Origin: Longimicrobiales bacterium
Lineage (GTDB): Bacteria; Gemmatimonadota; Gemmatimonadetes; Longimicrobiales; Gaopeijiaceae
DNA length: 64,000 nucleotides
Direction of reading: 5' to 3'
NCBI GenBank assembly: GCA_965116905.1
Contig: OZ220732.1
Coordinates: 2,208,001 to 2,272,000, forward strand
Shown: piece after piece, positions 9,770 through 18,764 of the stretch
Layout: every line of letters starts with the position of its first letter
Numbering within the stretch: position 1 is the stretch's first letter
Program-made: the position numbers and the translations under genes
The notes under the pieces: model-generated
Told to the model about the DNA's origin: nothing
Databases searched by the model: none
What the model saw: only the letters and a program-made list of their open reading frames with translations

Positions 9770-11548
9770 ATGAGGCTTATGGCGACCCGCGTGAATGCCT
9801 GGCTTCCACTGCTGCTGCTCGCAGCCCTGGCGTCGTGGGTGCCGGCCCCGCTGTCCGAGTCGCCGGTTGCCGACGCGGCCATGGACGGCGACGCCGCTGC
9901 GGTAAGGGCGTTGCTTGCGGAGGGCGCGGACGTCAACGCGGCGCAGGGAGACGGGATGACCGCGCTGCACTGGTCGGCGCGCAACGGAGACCCTGCGCTC
10001 GCGGGTATCCTGCTCGGCGCGGGGGCCGATGTGCACGCGGGGACGCGCATCGGCCACTACACCGCGCTCCACATGGCCGGCGAGGTCGGTGCGGGCGAGG
10101 TGGTCGCGCTGCTGCTCGAAGCGGGCGCCGACCCCATGGCGCGGGTCGTCGGGGCGGGGAGTCCGACGGCGCTGCACTTCGCGGCCGCCTCGGGCAGTGT
10201 CCTGGCCGTGGACGCGCTGCTGGGCGCGGGTGCCGACGTGAACGCCACGGAGGAGTCATGGGGGCAGACGCCCCTGATCTTCGCCGCGTCGAAGGGGCGG
10301 ACGGAGGCTGTGCGGGCACTCATGGCCGCGGGGGCGGATGCGTCGGTGCACAGCCGGGTGATGGACGTGGTTGCCCGGGCCGTGACGGACCGGATCGAGC
10401 GCGCCGAGCGCAACAGACGCGTCGCGGCGGGCGAGCCGTGGGGACCCGAGGTCGCAGAGACGATGCGCCGCGAGCAGGAGGAAGAGTCGCGCCGGGAGCG
10501 GGCCGAGGCGGCTTCGCAGGTGGAGTCCGAGACGCGCATGATCGAGGAGCCGGAACCGCTCTCCTACGGTGAGCTGGTCGGCGGACACGGCGGCCTCACC
10601 GCGCTTCTGCACGCCGCCAGGGAAGGCCACGCGGAGACCGCGTTCGCGCTCCTGGACGGCGGTGCGCACATCGATCGGGCGAGCGCCGGTGACGGGACCG
10701 GTCCCATGCTCATGGCGACGATCAACGGACACTACGATCTGGCCATGCGCCTGCTGGAGCGCGGCGCCGACCCCAACCTCGCCAGCCACGCCGGGGCCAC
10801 GCCCCTGTTTGCCGCGCTCAACACGCACTGGGCACCCAAGTCGCGCTACCCGCAGCAGCACATCTACATGCAGCAGGACCACACCTACCTGGAGGTGATG
10901 CGGAAGCTGCTGGAGGCTGGCGCGGACCCGAACGCGCGTCTCAGCAAGCACCTGTGGTTCATGTCCTACAACTTCGACCTGCTCCAGATCGACGCGAAGG
11001 GCGCGACCCCCTTCTGGCGCGCGGCCTACGCCCTCGACGTGGAAGCCATGAAGCTGCTCGTGGCCCACGGCGCCGACCCCTCGATTCCGACGGAGAAGGT
11101 CCCGACGCGGCGTTATGGCCGCGGGGGAGAGGACCGGGCGGACGCTTCCGGGCTGCCCCCGGTGCCCGTCGGCGGTCCCGCGGTTTACCCGATTCACGCG
11201 GCCTCGGGAGTCGGGTACGGGCAGGGGTTTGCGGGCAACGCACACCGCCACGTGCCCGACGCCTGGATCCCGGCCGTCCGGTACCTGGTCGAGGAGCTCG
11301 GGGCCGACGTCAACGCGCGCGACCATGAGGGATTCAGCCCCCTCCACCACGCCGCCGCCCGCGGCGACAACGAGCTGATCCGGTACCTGGTGGAGCAGGG
11401 TGCCGACGTCACCGTTGTCAGTCGGCGGGGGCAGACGACGGTGGACATGGCCAACGGTCCGGTGCAGCGGATCCAGCCGTTCCCGGAGACCATCGCACTG
11501 CTGGAAAGTCTCGGCGCGGTGAACAACCACAACTGCGTTTCCTGTTGA
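9770..11548 (+). CDS. Secreted ankyrin-repeat protein ending in HNCVSC (copy 1)
   Basis: Signal peptide; many TALH/TPL..AA..G ankyrin repeats; terminal CxxC. Confidence 0.9.
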   Translation: MRLMATRVNAWLPLLLLAALASWVPAPLSESPVADAAMDGDAAAVRALLAEGADVNAAQGDGMTALHWSARNGDPALAGILLGAGADVHAGTRIGHYTALHMAGEVGAGEVVALLLEAGADPMARVVGAGSPTALHFAAASGSVLAVDALLGAGADVNATEESWGQTPLIFAASKGRTEAVRALMAAGADASVHSRVMDVVARAVTDRIERAERNRRVAAGEPWGPEVAETMRREQEEESRRERAEAASQVESETRMIEEPEPLSYGELVGGHGGLTALLHAAREGHAETAFALLDGGAHIDRASAGDGTGPMLMATINGHYDLAMRLLERGADPNLASHAGATPLFAALNTHWAPKSRYPQQHIYMQQDHTYLEVMRKLLEAGADPNARLSKHLWFMSYNFDLLQIDAKGATPFWRAAYALDVEAMKLLVAHGADPSIPTEKVPTRRYGRGGEDRADASGLPPVPVGGPAVYPIHAASGVGYGQGFAGNAHRHVPDAWIPAVRYLVEELGADVNARDHEGFSPLHHAAARGDNELIRYLVEQGADVTVVSRRGQTTVDMANGPVQRIQPFPETIALLESLGAVNNHNCVSC

Positions 11549-11555
11549 GGCGGCC

Positions 11556-14102
11556 ATGTTGAAGCACGCGGCCCCCCTGGCGGCGGCTGGCGTTTTGCTC
11601 GTCGGTCTCGGGGTGTCGGTTGCGTCCGCGCCGGACGGCGTTGTCGTGGATGCCCCGGTGGGTTGGGGGGCGGCCCAGGCAATCTCCGGGACGACCGGCA
11701 CGACCGGCACGACCGGCACGACCGGTGCCGGACCCCGCGCCGACAACGAGCTGATCCGGCAATACTGCGTCCGCTGTCACAACGACCGCAGGCTGCTGGG
11801 CAACATGTCGCTGGAGCGGTTCGACGCCACCGATGCGCCTTCCGACGGCGAGCTCGCCGAGAAGATGATCCGCAAGCTGCGGGCGGGCCTGATGCCGCCT
11901 CCGGGGAATCGGCGTCCGGACGAACCCGTCCTCACGGGCCTCATCGAGTCGCTGGAGTCCCAGATGGACCGTGCCGCGGCCGAGAATCCGAATCCCGGAC
12001 GGCGCACCTTCCAGCGTCTGAACCGCGCGGAATACGAGGCCTCGATCCGCGACCTCCTCGACCTGGAGATCGACGCGGGCACGTACCTTCCGCTCGACAC
12101 CAAGAGCGCGAACTTCGACAACATCGCCGACGCGCAGCTTCTTTCCGCAACGCTGACCGACGGCTACCTGCGTGCGGCGGCCGAGATCAGCCGTCTGGCG
12201 ATCGGCGACCCGCACGTGACGCCCAGCGAGTCGACCTACCGCGTGTCGCGCTGGGACTCGCAGAGCGAGCGCGTGGCCGGCGCGCCCTACGGCACCCGGG
12301 GCGGAGTGTCGGTGCTGCACAACTTCCCGGCGGACGGCTACTACGCCTTCCGCGTGTCGTTCCATCACGAGACCACCGGGGCGCTCGTCGGCAACGGGCG
12401 CAACGCGCTCCACACCCGCGAAGGCGAGCCGGAGCTCCTGGAGATCTCGATCGACGGCGCGCCGGCCGCTGTCCTCGAAGTGAACCGCTGGATGCACACC
12501 TCCGACCCCGACGGCGTGAACATCCGTTCCGGGCGCGTGTTCGTGCGCGCGGGACCGAGACAGGTGTCGGCGGTGTTCATTCGCCGTTCCGAGGGACCGC
12601 TTCAGGATCTGATCTCGCCGCACGACTGGTCGCTGGCGAGCACGAGCATCGCCGGGAGCTACGGCTTCACGGTGCTTCCGCATCTGCGGGACCTGGCGAT
12701 CGGCGGCCCGTACGAGCCGCAGGGCGTGTCCGGCACGCCGAGCCGCGCGGCCGTGTTTACGTGCCGTCCCGAGGCGGGGGACCCGGAGGCCGCCGAGGCC
12801 GCGGGGCGGGGCTGTGCGCGCGAGATCGTCACCCGCCTGGGTACCCGTGCGTACCGCCGTCCGCTGACGGAGGACAACGTGGCCGCGCTGATGGGTCTCT
12901 ACGACGCCGGCGCCGAGATCGAGGGCTTCGAAGGCGGTGTGCGCATGGCGCTGGAGGGAATCCTCGCCAGCCCGCACTTCATCTTCCGCATCGAAGAGCC
13001 GACGGCGGAAGGTGGGCCGGACGCGGGGCAGGCGGGCGCATACCGCATCGGCGATCATGATCTGGCCGCCCGGCTCTCCTTCTTCCTGTGGGGATCCGGG
13101 CCCGACGACGAGCTGATGGCGGTGGCGCGCGAGGGCAGGTTGTCGGACCGGACCGTGCTGGAGGGCCAGGTGCGTCGGATGCTTCGCGATCCGCGTTCCA
13201 CAGCGCTCTCGACGCGTTTCGCCGGGCAGTGGCTCCGCCTCCAGGACCTGGAGAAGATCCAGCCCGACCCGCGCGTAAACCCCGACTTCGACGAGCCGCT
13301 CAAGCGCGCGATGCTGAAGGAGACCGAGATCTTCTTCGACAATCTGGTGCGCGAAGACGCCTCGGTGATGGACCTGTACGACGCCGACTACACCTTCGTG
13401 AACGAGCGGCTGGCCCGCCACTACGGCATCCCGGACGTGGCCGGCGACCGCTTCCGGCGCGTCCGCTACCTGAACGACGAGCGGCGCGGCCTGCTTGGAC
13501 ACGGTAGCGTCCTCACCCTGACCTCGCACGCCGGCCGCACGTCGCCGGTGCTCAGGGGCAAGTGGGTGATGGAGGTGTTCCTGGGGACGCCGCCGCCACC
13601 TCCACCTCCCGATGTTCCCGAACTGGAAGAGGAGGCGGTGGAGGACGGCCGCTTCCTCACCGTGCGCGAGCGGCTCGAGATGCACCGGGCCAACCCGACG
13701 TGCAATTCCTGCCACCGCATGATCGACCCCATCGGTCTCGCGCTCGAGAACTTCGACGTGAGCGGCGCGTGGCGCATACGGGACCAGGGCGTGCCCATCG
13801 ACGCGGCCAGCGACTTCTACGACGGCACGCCTATTTCGACGCCCTCGGAGCTGCGCGCGGCGCTGCTGAAGCGGCCCGAACCGCTGGTGCGCACGTTGAC
13901 CGAAAACCTCATGGCATATGCGCTGGGGCGGCGACTGGAGTATTATGACATGCCGGCCGTGCGCCGGATTACCCGCGCGGCGGCCGAGCAGGACTACCGT
14001 GTATCGGCGTTCGTCGTCGGGGTGGCGACCAGCGACGCCTTCCTGCTGAAGGCCGCGCCCGTCGTGGTCGACGACGAAGCGGCGAACGGAAACGGAGACT
14101 AG
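11556..14102 (+). CDS. DUF1592-family di-heme cytochrome c protein (copy 2)
   Basis: Paralog of 5901..8369 with the same YCVRCH and CNSCH motifs. Confidence 0.9.
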   Translation: MLKHAAPLAAAGVLLVGLGVSVASAPDGVVVDAPVGWGAAQAISGTTGTTGTTGTTGAGPRADNELIRQYCVRCHNDRRLLGNMSLERFDATDAPSDGELAEKMIRKLRAGLMPPPGNRRPDEPVLTGLIESLESQMDRAAAENPNPGRRTFQRLNRAEYEASIRDLLDLEIDAGTYLPLDTKSANFDNIADAQLLSATLTDGYLRAAAEISRLAIGDPHVTPSESTYRVSRWDSQSERVAGAPYGTRGGVSVLHNFPADGYYAFRVSFHHETTGALVGNGRNALHTREGEPELLEISIDGAPAAVLEVNRWMHTSDPDGVNIRSGRVFVRAGPRQVSAVFIRRSEGPLQDLISPHDWSLASTSIAGSYGFTVLPHLRDLAIGGPYEPQGVSGTPSRAAVFTCRPEAGDPEAAEAAGRGCAREIVTRLGTRAYRRPLTEDNVAALMGLYDAGAEIEGFEGGVRMALEGILASPHFIFRIEEPTAEGGPDAGQAGAYRIGDHDLAARLSFFLWGSGPDDELMAVAREGRLSDRTVLEGQVRRMLRDPRSTALSTRFAGQWLRLQDLEKIQPDPRVNPDFDEPLKRAMLKETEIFFDNLVREDASVMDLYDADYTFVNERLARHYGIPDVAGDRFRRVRYLNDERRGLLGHGSVLTLTSHAGRTSPVLRGKWVMEVFLGTPPPPPPPDVPELEEEAVEDGRFLTVRERLEMHRANPTCNSCHRMIDPIGLALENFDVSGAWRIRDQGVPIDAASDFYDGTPISTPSELRAALLKRPEPLVRTLTENLMAYALGRRLEYYDMPAVRRITRAAAEQDYRVSAFVVGVATSDAFLLKAAPVVVDDEAANGNGD
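11691..11726 (+). repeat. 9-bp tandem repeat ACGACCGGC x4 (Thr-Thr-Gly linker)
   Basis: acgaccggc x3 + acgaccggt, in frame after the signal peptide. Confidence 0.85.
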
Positions 14103-14107
14103 AGCCC

Positions 14108-15517
14108 GTGGACAGAATCCCCCCGCATCTGATCACCGGGCGGCACCTGCCACGCCGGACCTTCCTGCGCGGTCTGGGCGCGAGTGTCGCGCTCCCCTTC
14201 CTGGACGCCATGGTCCCGGCCCGGGAGCGGTGGGCGGTCACCCGCGCACGCACCGCGCTCGACCGCACCCGACTCGTCGCGATCGAGATGGTGCACGGCT
14301 CGGCGGGCAGCAATGCGTGGGGCGCGACGCAGCACCTCTGGTCTCCACCGGAGACGGGACGCGGCTTCGACTTCGGGCCCAGCGTGCTGAGTGCGCTGGA
14401 ACCCTACCGGGACTACCTCACGATTATCAGCGATACCGACGTGGAGGGCGCCGAGGCCACCAAGCCCAAGGAGATCGGCGGCGACCACTTCCGCTCCAGC
14501 GCGACCTTCCTCACGCAGTCCCACCCCAAGCAGACCGAGAGCTCGGACGTCTGGGTCGGCACCTCGCTGGATCAGCTGTACGCCCAGCGCTTCGGCCAGG
14601 ACACACCGATCCCGTCCATGCAGCTCTGCATCGAGAACGTGGACCAGGCCGGCGGGTGCGCCTACGGGTACGCGTGCGTCTACACCGACACCATCTCCTG
14701 GGCGGCGCCCGACCAGCCGCTCCCCATGGTTCGGGACCCGCGGGTGGCGTTCGACCAGCTGTTCGGTGCCGGGGGCAGCCCCGAGGCCCGGGCGGCCCGG
14801 CGCCGTGCCAGCGCCAGCATCCTCGACTTCATCGTCGGCGAGGTGAACGCGCTGAAACGGGAGCTGGATCCGGTCGACGGACGCCGGGTGGACCGCTACC
14901 TCACCGACATTCGTGAGATCGAACGGCGGATTGCCCGGGTCGTCGCCCGCAACGAGAGTGGTGAGGAGCGCGAGTTGCCGGGCGCTCCCGCCGGAGTGCC
15001 CGACTCCTTCGACGAGCACGTCAAGCTGATGTTCGACCTGCAGGCGCTCGCCTTCCAGTCGGACGTCACCGGCATCTTCTCCTTCAAGATGGGCCGTGAT
15101 GCTTCCAGCCGGGTGTACCCGGAGAGCGGGGTCGACAAGGGCTTCCACCCGTCGTCGCATCACGGCGGACGCCCTGACAACGTGCTGGAGTTCGCCGAGA
15201 TCAACCGGTATCACGTGGGACTGGTCCCGTACTTCCTGGACCGGCTCGCGAGCATCCAGGAGGGGGACGCGAGCCTGCTGGACAAGACGATGGTGCTCTA
15301 CGGCTCGCCGATGGGCGACTCCAACGTGCACAACCACAAGCGCTGCCCGCTCTTCGTGGTCGGCGGGGCCAACGGGCGCATGGACGGCGATCTGCACGTG
15401 CGCGCGGCCCCCGGAACCCCGATGGCCAACGTCATGCTCAGCCTCATGCACAAGCTGGGCATGGACGACGTGCAGAGCTTCGGCAACAGCACCGGCGCCT
15501 TCCCGCTGGCGGTGTAG
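14108..15517 (+). CDS. DUF1552 domain protein (copy 2)
   Basis: Close paralog of 8384..9766 (KPKEIGGDHFRSSATFLTQSHP, GGCAYGYACVYTDTISWA identical). Confidence 0.9.
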   Translation: MDRIPPHLITGRHLPRRTFLRGLGASVALPFLDAMVPARERWAVTRARTALDRTRLVAIEMVHGSAGSNAWGATQHLWSPPETGRGFDFGPSVLSALEPYRDYLTIISDTDVEGAEATKPKEIGGDHFRSSATFLTQSHPKQTESSDVWVGTSLDQLYAQRFGQDTPIPSMQLCIENVDQAGGCAYGYACVYTDTISWAAPDQPLPMVRDPRVAFDQLFGAGGSPEARAARRRASASILDFIVGEVNALKRELDPVDGRRVDRYLTDIREIERRIARVVARNESGEERELPGAPAGVPDSFDEHVKLMFDLQALAFQSDVTGIFSFKMGRDASSRVYPESGVDKGFHPSSHHGGRPDNVLEFAEINRYHVGLVPYFLDRLASIQEGDASLLDKTMVLYGSPMGDSNVHNHKRCPLFVVGGANGRMDGDLHVRAAPGTPMANVMLSLMHKLGMDDVQSFGNSTGAFPLAV

Positions 15518-15527
15518 GGAGGACGGC

Positions 15528-17399
15528 ATGAGGACCGTTGCGGGAAGACTCGCGCCGCTGCTGCCGGGGGTCCTGATTGCGTGGCTCCCCGCCTTGCCCG
15601 GCGGCGCCTTCCTTGCCGGCGGAATCCACCCGGCCACCGCTTCGGCGCAGATGCCCGCCGAATCCGCGCCACACGCGGCGTCCATCTCCCCCGTGGCCGA
15701 CGCGGCCATGCGGAACGACGTGGAGGCCGTGCGGGCCCTGCTTGCCGACGGTGCCGACGTCGATGTCCCGCGCGGGGACGGCATGACCGGCCTCCACTGG
15801 GCGGCGCTGAACGGCAATGCGGAGATCGCCGGGCTGCTCATCGGCGCGGGCGCGGATCTGGATGCGGCCACCCGGCTGGGCGCCTACACACCCCTGCACG
15901 TCGCCGGCAAGGAGGGTCACGGCGAGATCGTCGCGATCCTGGCGGAGGCGGGGGCCGACGTGGCGGCGGTGACCGAAACGGGAGCCACCCCGCTCCATTT
16001 CGCCGCTGCCGCGGGCGTCATGCGCGCCGTCACGACGCTGCTCGCCCACGGCGCGGCCGTCGATGCCGCGGAGCCCGAGTGGGGCCAGACCCCTCTGATG
16101 TTCGCGGCGGCGCTGGGCCGCACGAAGGCCGTGGCCAAGCTGCTCGAGGCCGGCGCCGACGCGACGATCACCGCACGCGTCATGGATCTCGTCGAGCGCG
16201 ACATCATGGATCGCGCCTCGGAGCGGCGCCGGCGGGCCGAGATCGCCGAGATGCGCGGCGGCACCGACGCGCAGAGTTATCCGGTTGAATCGGGTGTCGC
16301 GGGCCGCACGACCCCGCAAGCTTTGGCCGCGCCGGCGACGTCACGCGAGGAGCAGGCCAGGCAGGCCGCTCAGGAGGCGCTCGAAGCGCGCCGCCAGACC
16401 GGCGAGCCCATTCCGCTGAACTACGCGGACCTGGTCGGCAAGCACGGCGGCCTGTCCGCGATCCACCTGGCGGCGCGCGAAGGCCACGCGGCGACGGTCA
16501 TGGCGCTTCTGGACGGGGGCGTCGACATCGACCTTCCCAGCGCGGCGGACGGCACCACGCCGATGCTCATGGCGGCGATCAACGGCTACTTCGATCTCGT
16601 GGCCACTCTGTTGGCACGCGGCGCCGACCCCAACCTGGCCAGCGACGCGGGAGCGACGCCGCTCTACGCGGTGCTCAACATGCACTGGGCTCCCAAGGCC
16701 CGGCACCCCCAGCCGCTCGAGCATGAGCAGCAGGAGACGGGCTACCTGGAACTGATGCGCGCCCTTCTCGAAGCCGGCGCGGACGTCGACGCCCGCCTCG
16801 AGCGCACCCTCTGGTTCACCACCTATAACCGGGATCTGCTCGGCGTCGACCGCACGGGCGCGACCCCCTTCTGGCGCGCGACCCACGCGACCGACGTGCC
16901 CGCCATGAAACTCCTCCTGGAGTACGGCGCGGACCCCGGCCTGCCGACCATCAAGGTTCCGCAGCGCAGGTTCGGGCCGCGAGACGACACCGATCACTCC
17001 GGGCTGCCACCTGTTCCGATCGGGGGCCCCGCGGTCTATCCCGTCCACGCGGCGGCGGGAGTGGGCTACGGCCAGGGCTTCGCCGGCAACTCGCACCGCC
17101 ACGCCCCGGACGGCTGGATGCCCACCATGCGGTTTCTGGTCGAGGAGCTGGGCGCCGACGTGAACGCGCGCGACCTCAACGGCTACACGCCGCTGCACCA
17201 CGCGGCCGCCCGCGGCGACAACGAGATGATCCTGTACCTCGTGGAACGGGGCGCCGACGTCACCGCCGTGGCGCGCAACGGGCGGACCACGGTGGACATG
17301 GCCAACGGTCCGGTGCAGCGGATCCAGCCGTTCGTCGAGACGGTGGCGCTGCTGGAACGCCTGGGCGCGAAGAACAACCATCGCTGTGTGAGCTGCTAG
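15528..17399 (+). CDS. Secreted ankyrin-repeat protein ending in HRCVSC (copy 2)
   Basis: GGGAGG RBS before ATG 15528; paralog of 9770..11548. Confidence 0.9.
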   Translation: MRTVAGRLAPLLPGVLIAWLPALPGGAFLAGGIHPATASAQMPAESAPHAASISPVADAAMRNDVEAVRALLADGADVDVPRGDGMTGLHWAALNGNAEIAGLLIGAGADLDAATRLGAYTPLHVAGKEGHGEIVAILAEAGADVAAVTETGATPLHFAAAAGVMRAVTTLLAHGAAVDAAEPEWGQTPLMFAAALGRTKAVAKLLEAGADATITARVMDLVERDIMDRASERRRRAEIAEMRGGTDAQSYPVESGVAGRTTPQALAAPATSREEQARQAAQEALEARRQTGEPIPLNYADLVGKHGGLSAIHLAAREGHAATVMALLDGGVDIDLPSAADGTTPMLMAAINGYFDLVATLLARGADPNLASDAGATPLYAVLNMHWAPKARHPQPLEHEQQETGYLELMRALLEAGADVDARLERTLWFTTYNRDLLGVDRTGATPFWRATHATDVPAMKLLLEYGADPGLPTIKVPQRRFGPRDDTDHSGLPPVPIGGPAVYPVHAAAGVGYGQGFAGNSHRHAPDGWMPTMRFLVEELGADVNARDLNGYTPLHHAAARGDNEMILYLVERGADVTAVARNGRTTVDMANGPVQRIQPFVETVALLERLGAKNNHRCVSC

Positions 17400-17420
17400 A
17401 CCAGACTGGAATAGACTGGA

Positions 17421-18581
17421 CTAGCGCCGCTGGTGATGCTCCTCGTAGTGCTTGCCCAGCCAGTCCTCGCCGTAGTCGTTGCCGGGGTCGCGCATGATGC
17501 TGTGGACGTGGTTGGCTGCGTTCCCGCCGACGCCCTCCTCGACGATGTACTCGATGAGGAGGGAGGGGCCGTGCACCCGGTAGTAGTAGCGCGCCGACAC
17601 GTCGTCCACCGGTCCGATCCATGCGAAATGCAGGGCGTCCAGCCCGTCCGCGCGGACCTTCGCCAGCTGCGCGTCGGCGGCTCCGTGGTCCGCGTTCGCC
17701 GCATACTCCTCGACGAGCTGCCACAGGAGCGTGCGCTGGGCCTCGTCCAGCGCGGAAGCGGGGATTCCGGAGAACTCGCTCAGGCTTCCCTTGCGCCCGG
17801 GACCGGTGAGTACGTCACCCGGGATCTCCCCGCCGAGAACTGCAACCGACCGCTGCTCCTCGTCCAGCGCCTGCAGCAGTAGCCAGCCGCGCTCTGCCTC
17901 GTTGGCCAGCACGCGCCAGCCCGCTTCCAGCCCGCGCTCGATCTCGTGTGGTTCGGCTCCCAGGAACAGGGGCGTGAACGCCACCCGGTCGCCCGCGACG
18001 GTGAAGCTGGCCGCCAGGTGATGACCGTTGACGAGCCACCCCCACGCCGGATCGCCGGGCTGGCCAAAGAAGGAGACCCAGTAGTTGGCGGATGTCCAGC
18101 TCTCCAGCAGGCTCTCCGGAAGCCGCCGCTCACCACGCGCGACAGCCGCGGACGCTTCCTCGTGCAACACCTCATCCAAACGAATCACGCCCACGATTTT
18201 CTGATACCCCTGACTGCTGGTGGACGCGCGCAGCAGCTCGTGGAACCGGCGCCTCTGCGGGTCGGTGAGATCTCCGAACCTGACGCCGGCGCGCTCGACC
18301 ATGCTCGCCGGCAGGTTGCTCCAGCGCGTGCGCTCCGAGTCGGCGTCGAAGGGGAATTCGGCGTCGGTCCGTTGTTGGGGTGAGAGGGCGTCGAGGAACT
18401 CGGCGGCGGCCTGGGCCATGCGCTCGGGCGAGGCTTCGGCCTCGGCGGCGGACGAGTTGGCCGGAGTCGTCTCGGCGCTGTCCGGCCGCGCCTGGGTGGC
18501 GTCTCCTTGACAGCCGGCAAGTACGGCGGCGGAGATGAGGGCGAGTATCGGCAGATGGTTGTGGCGAGAATCGGTTTGCAT
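17421..18581 (-). CDS. DUF3500 domain lipoprotein
   Basis: AAGGAGG RBS before ATG 18581; lipobox VLAGC; WSNLP, GHHL, YYRVHGPSLLIEY, NHVHSIMRDPGNDYG. Confidence 0.82.
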   Translation of the reverse strand: MQTDSRHNHLPILALISAAVLAGCQGDATQARPDSAETTPANSSAAEAEASPERMAQAAAEFLDALSPQQRTDAEFPFDADSERTRWSNLPASMVERAGVRFGDLTDPQRRRFHELLRASTSSQGYQKIVGVIRLDEVLHEEASAAVARGERRLPESLLESWTSANYWVSFFGQPGDPAWGWLVNGHHLAASFTVAGDRVAFTPLFLGAEPHEIERGLEAGWRVLANEAERGWLLLQALDEEQRSVAVLGGEIPGDVLTGPGRKGSLSEFSGIPASALDEAQRTLLWQLVEEYAANADHGAADAQLAKVRADGLDALHFAWIGPVDDVSARYYYRVHGPSLLIEYIVEEGVGGNAANHVHSIMRDPGNDYGEDWLGKHYEEHHQRR

Positions 18582-18657
18582 GGCGCCGTCGGCCTCCTTG
18601 GGGTCCGGCCTCTTGGGGTCCGGTCTCTCGGGGTCGTGTTGTCCATTCGGATGCGCC

Positions 18658-18685
18658 AAATACTAAACATTTCTGTTTATTATTG
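18658..18685. other. 28-bp dif-like palindromic site 1: AAATACTAAAC-ATTTCT-GTTTATTATTG
   Basis: Member of a 9-copy 11-6-11 inverted-repeat family; between divergent genes. Confidence 0.75.
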
Positions 18686-18764
18686 ACGACTCGGGCCCCG
18701 GTCGGCAATCTCCCTGCGACCGGCCGACCATCCCGGTGCCCAAATGTAGCGACGAGGAGGCCAT

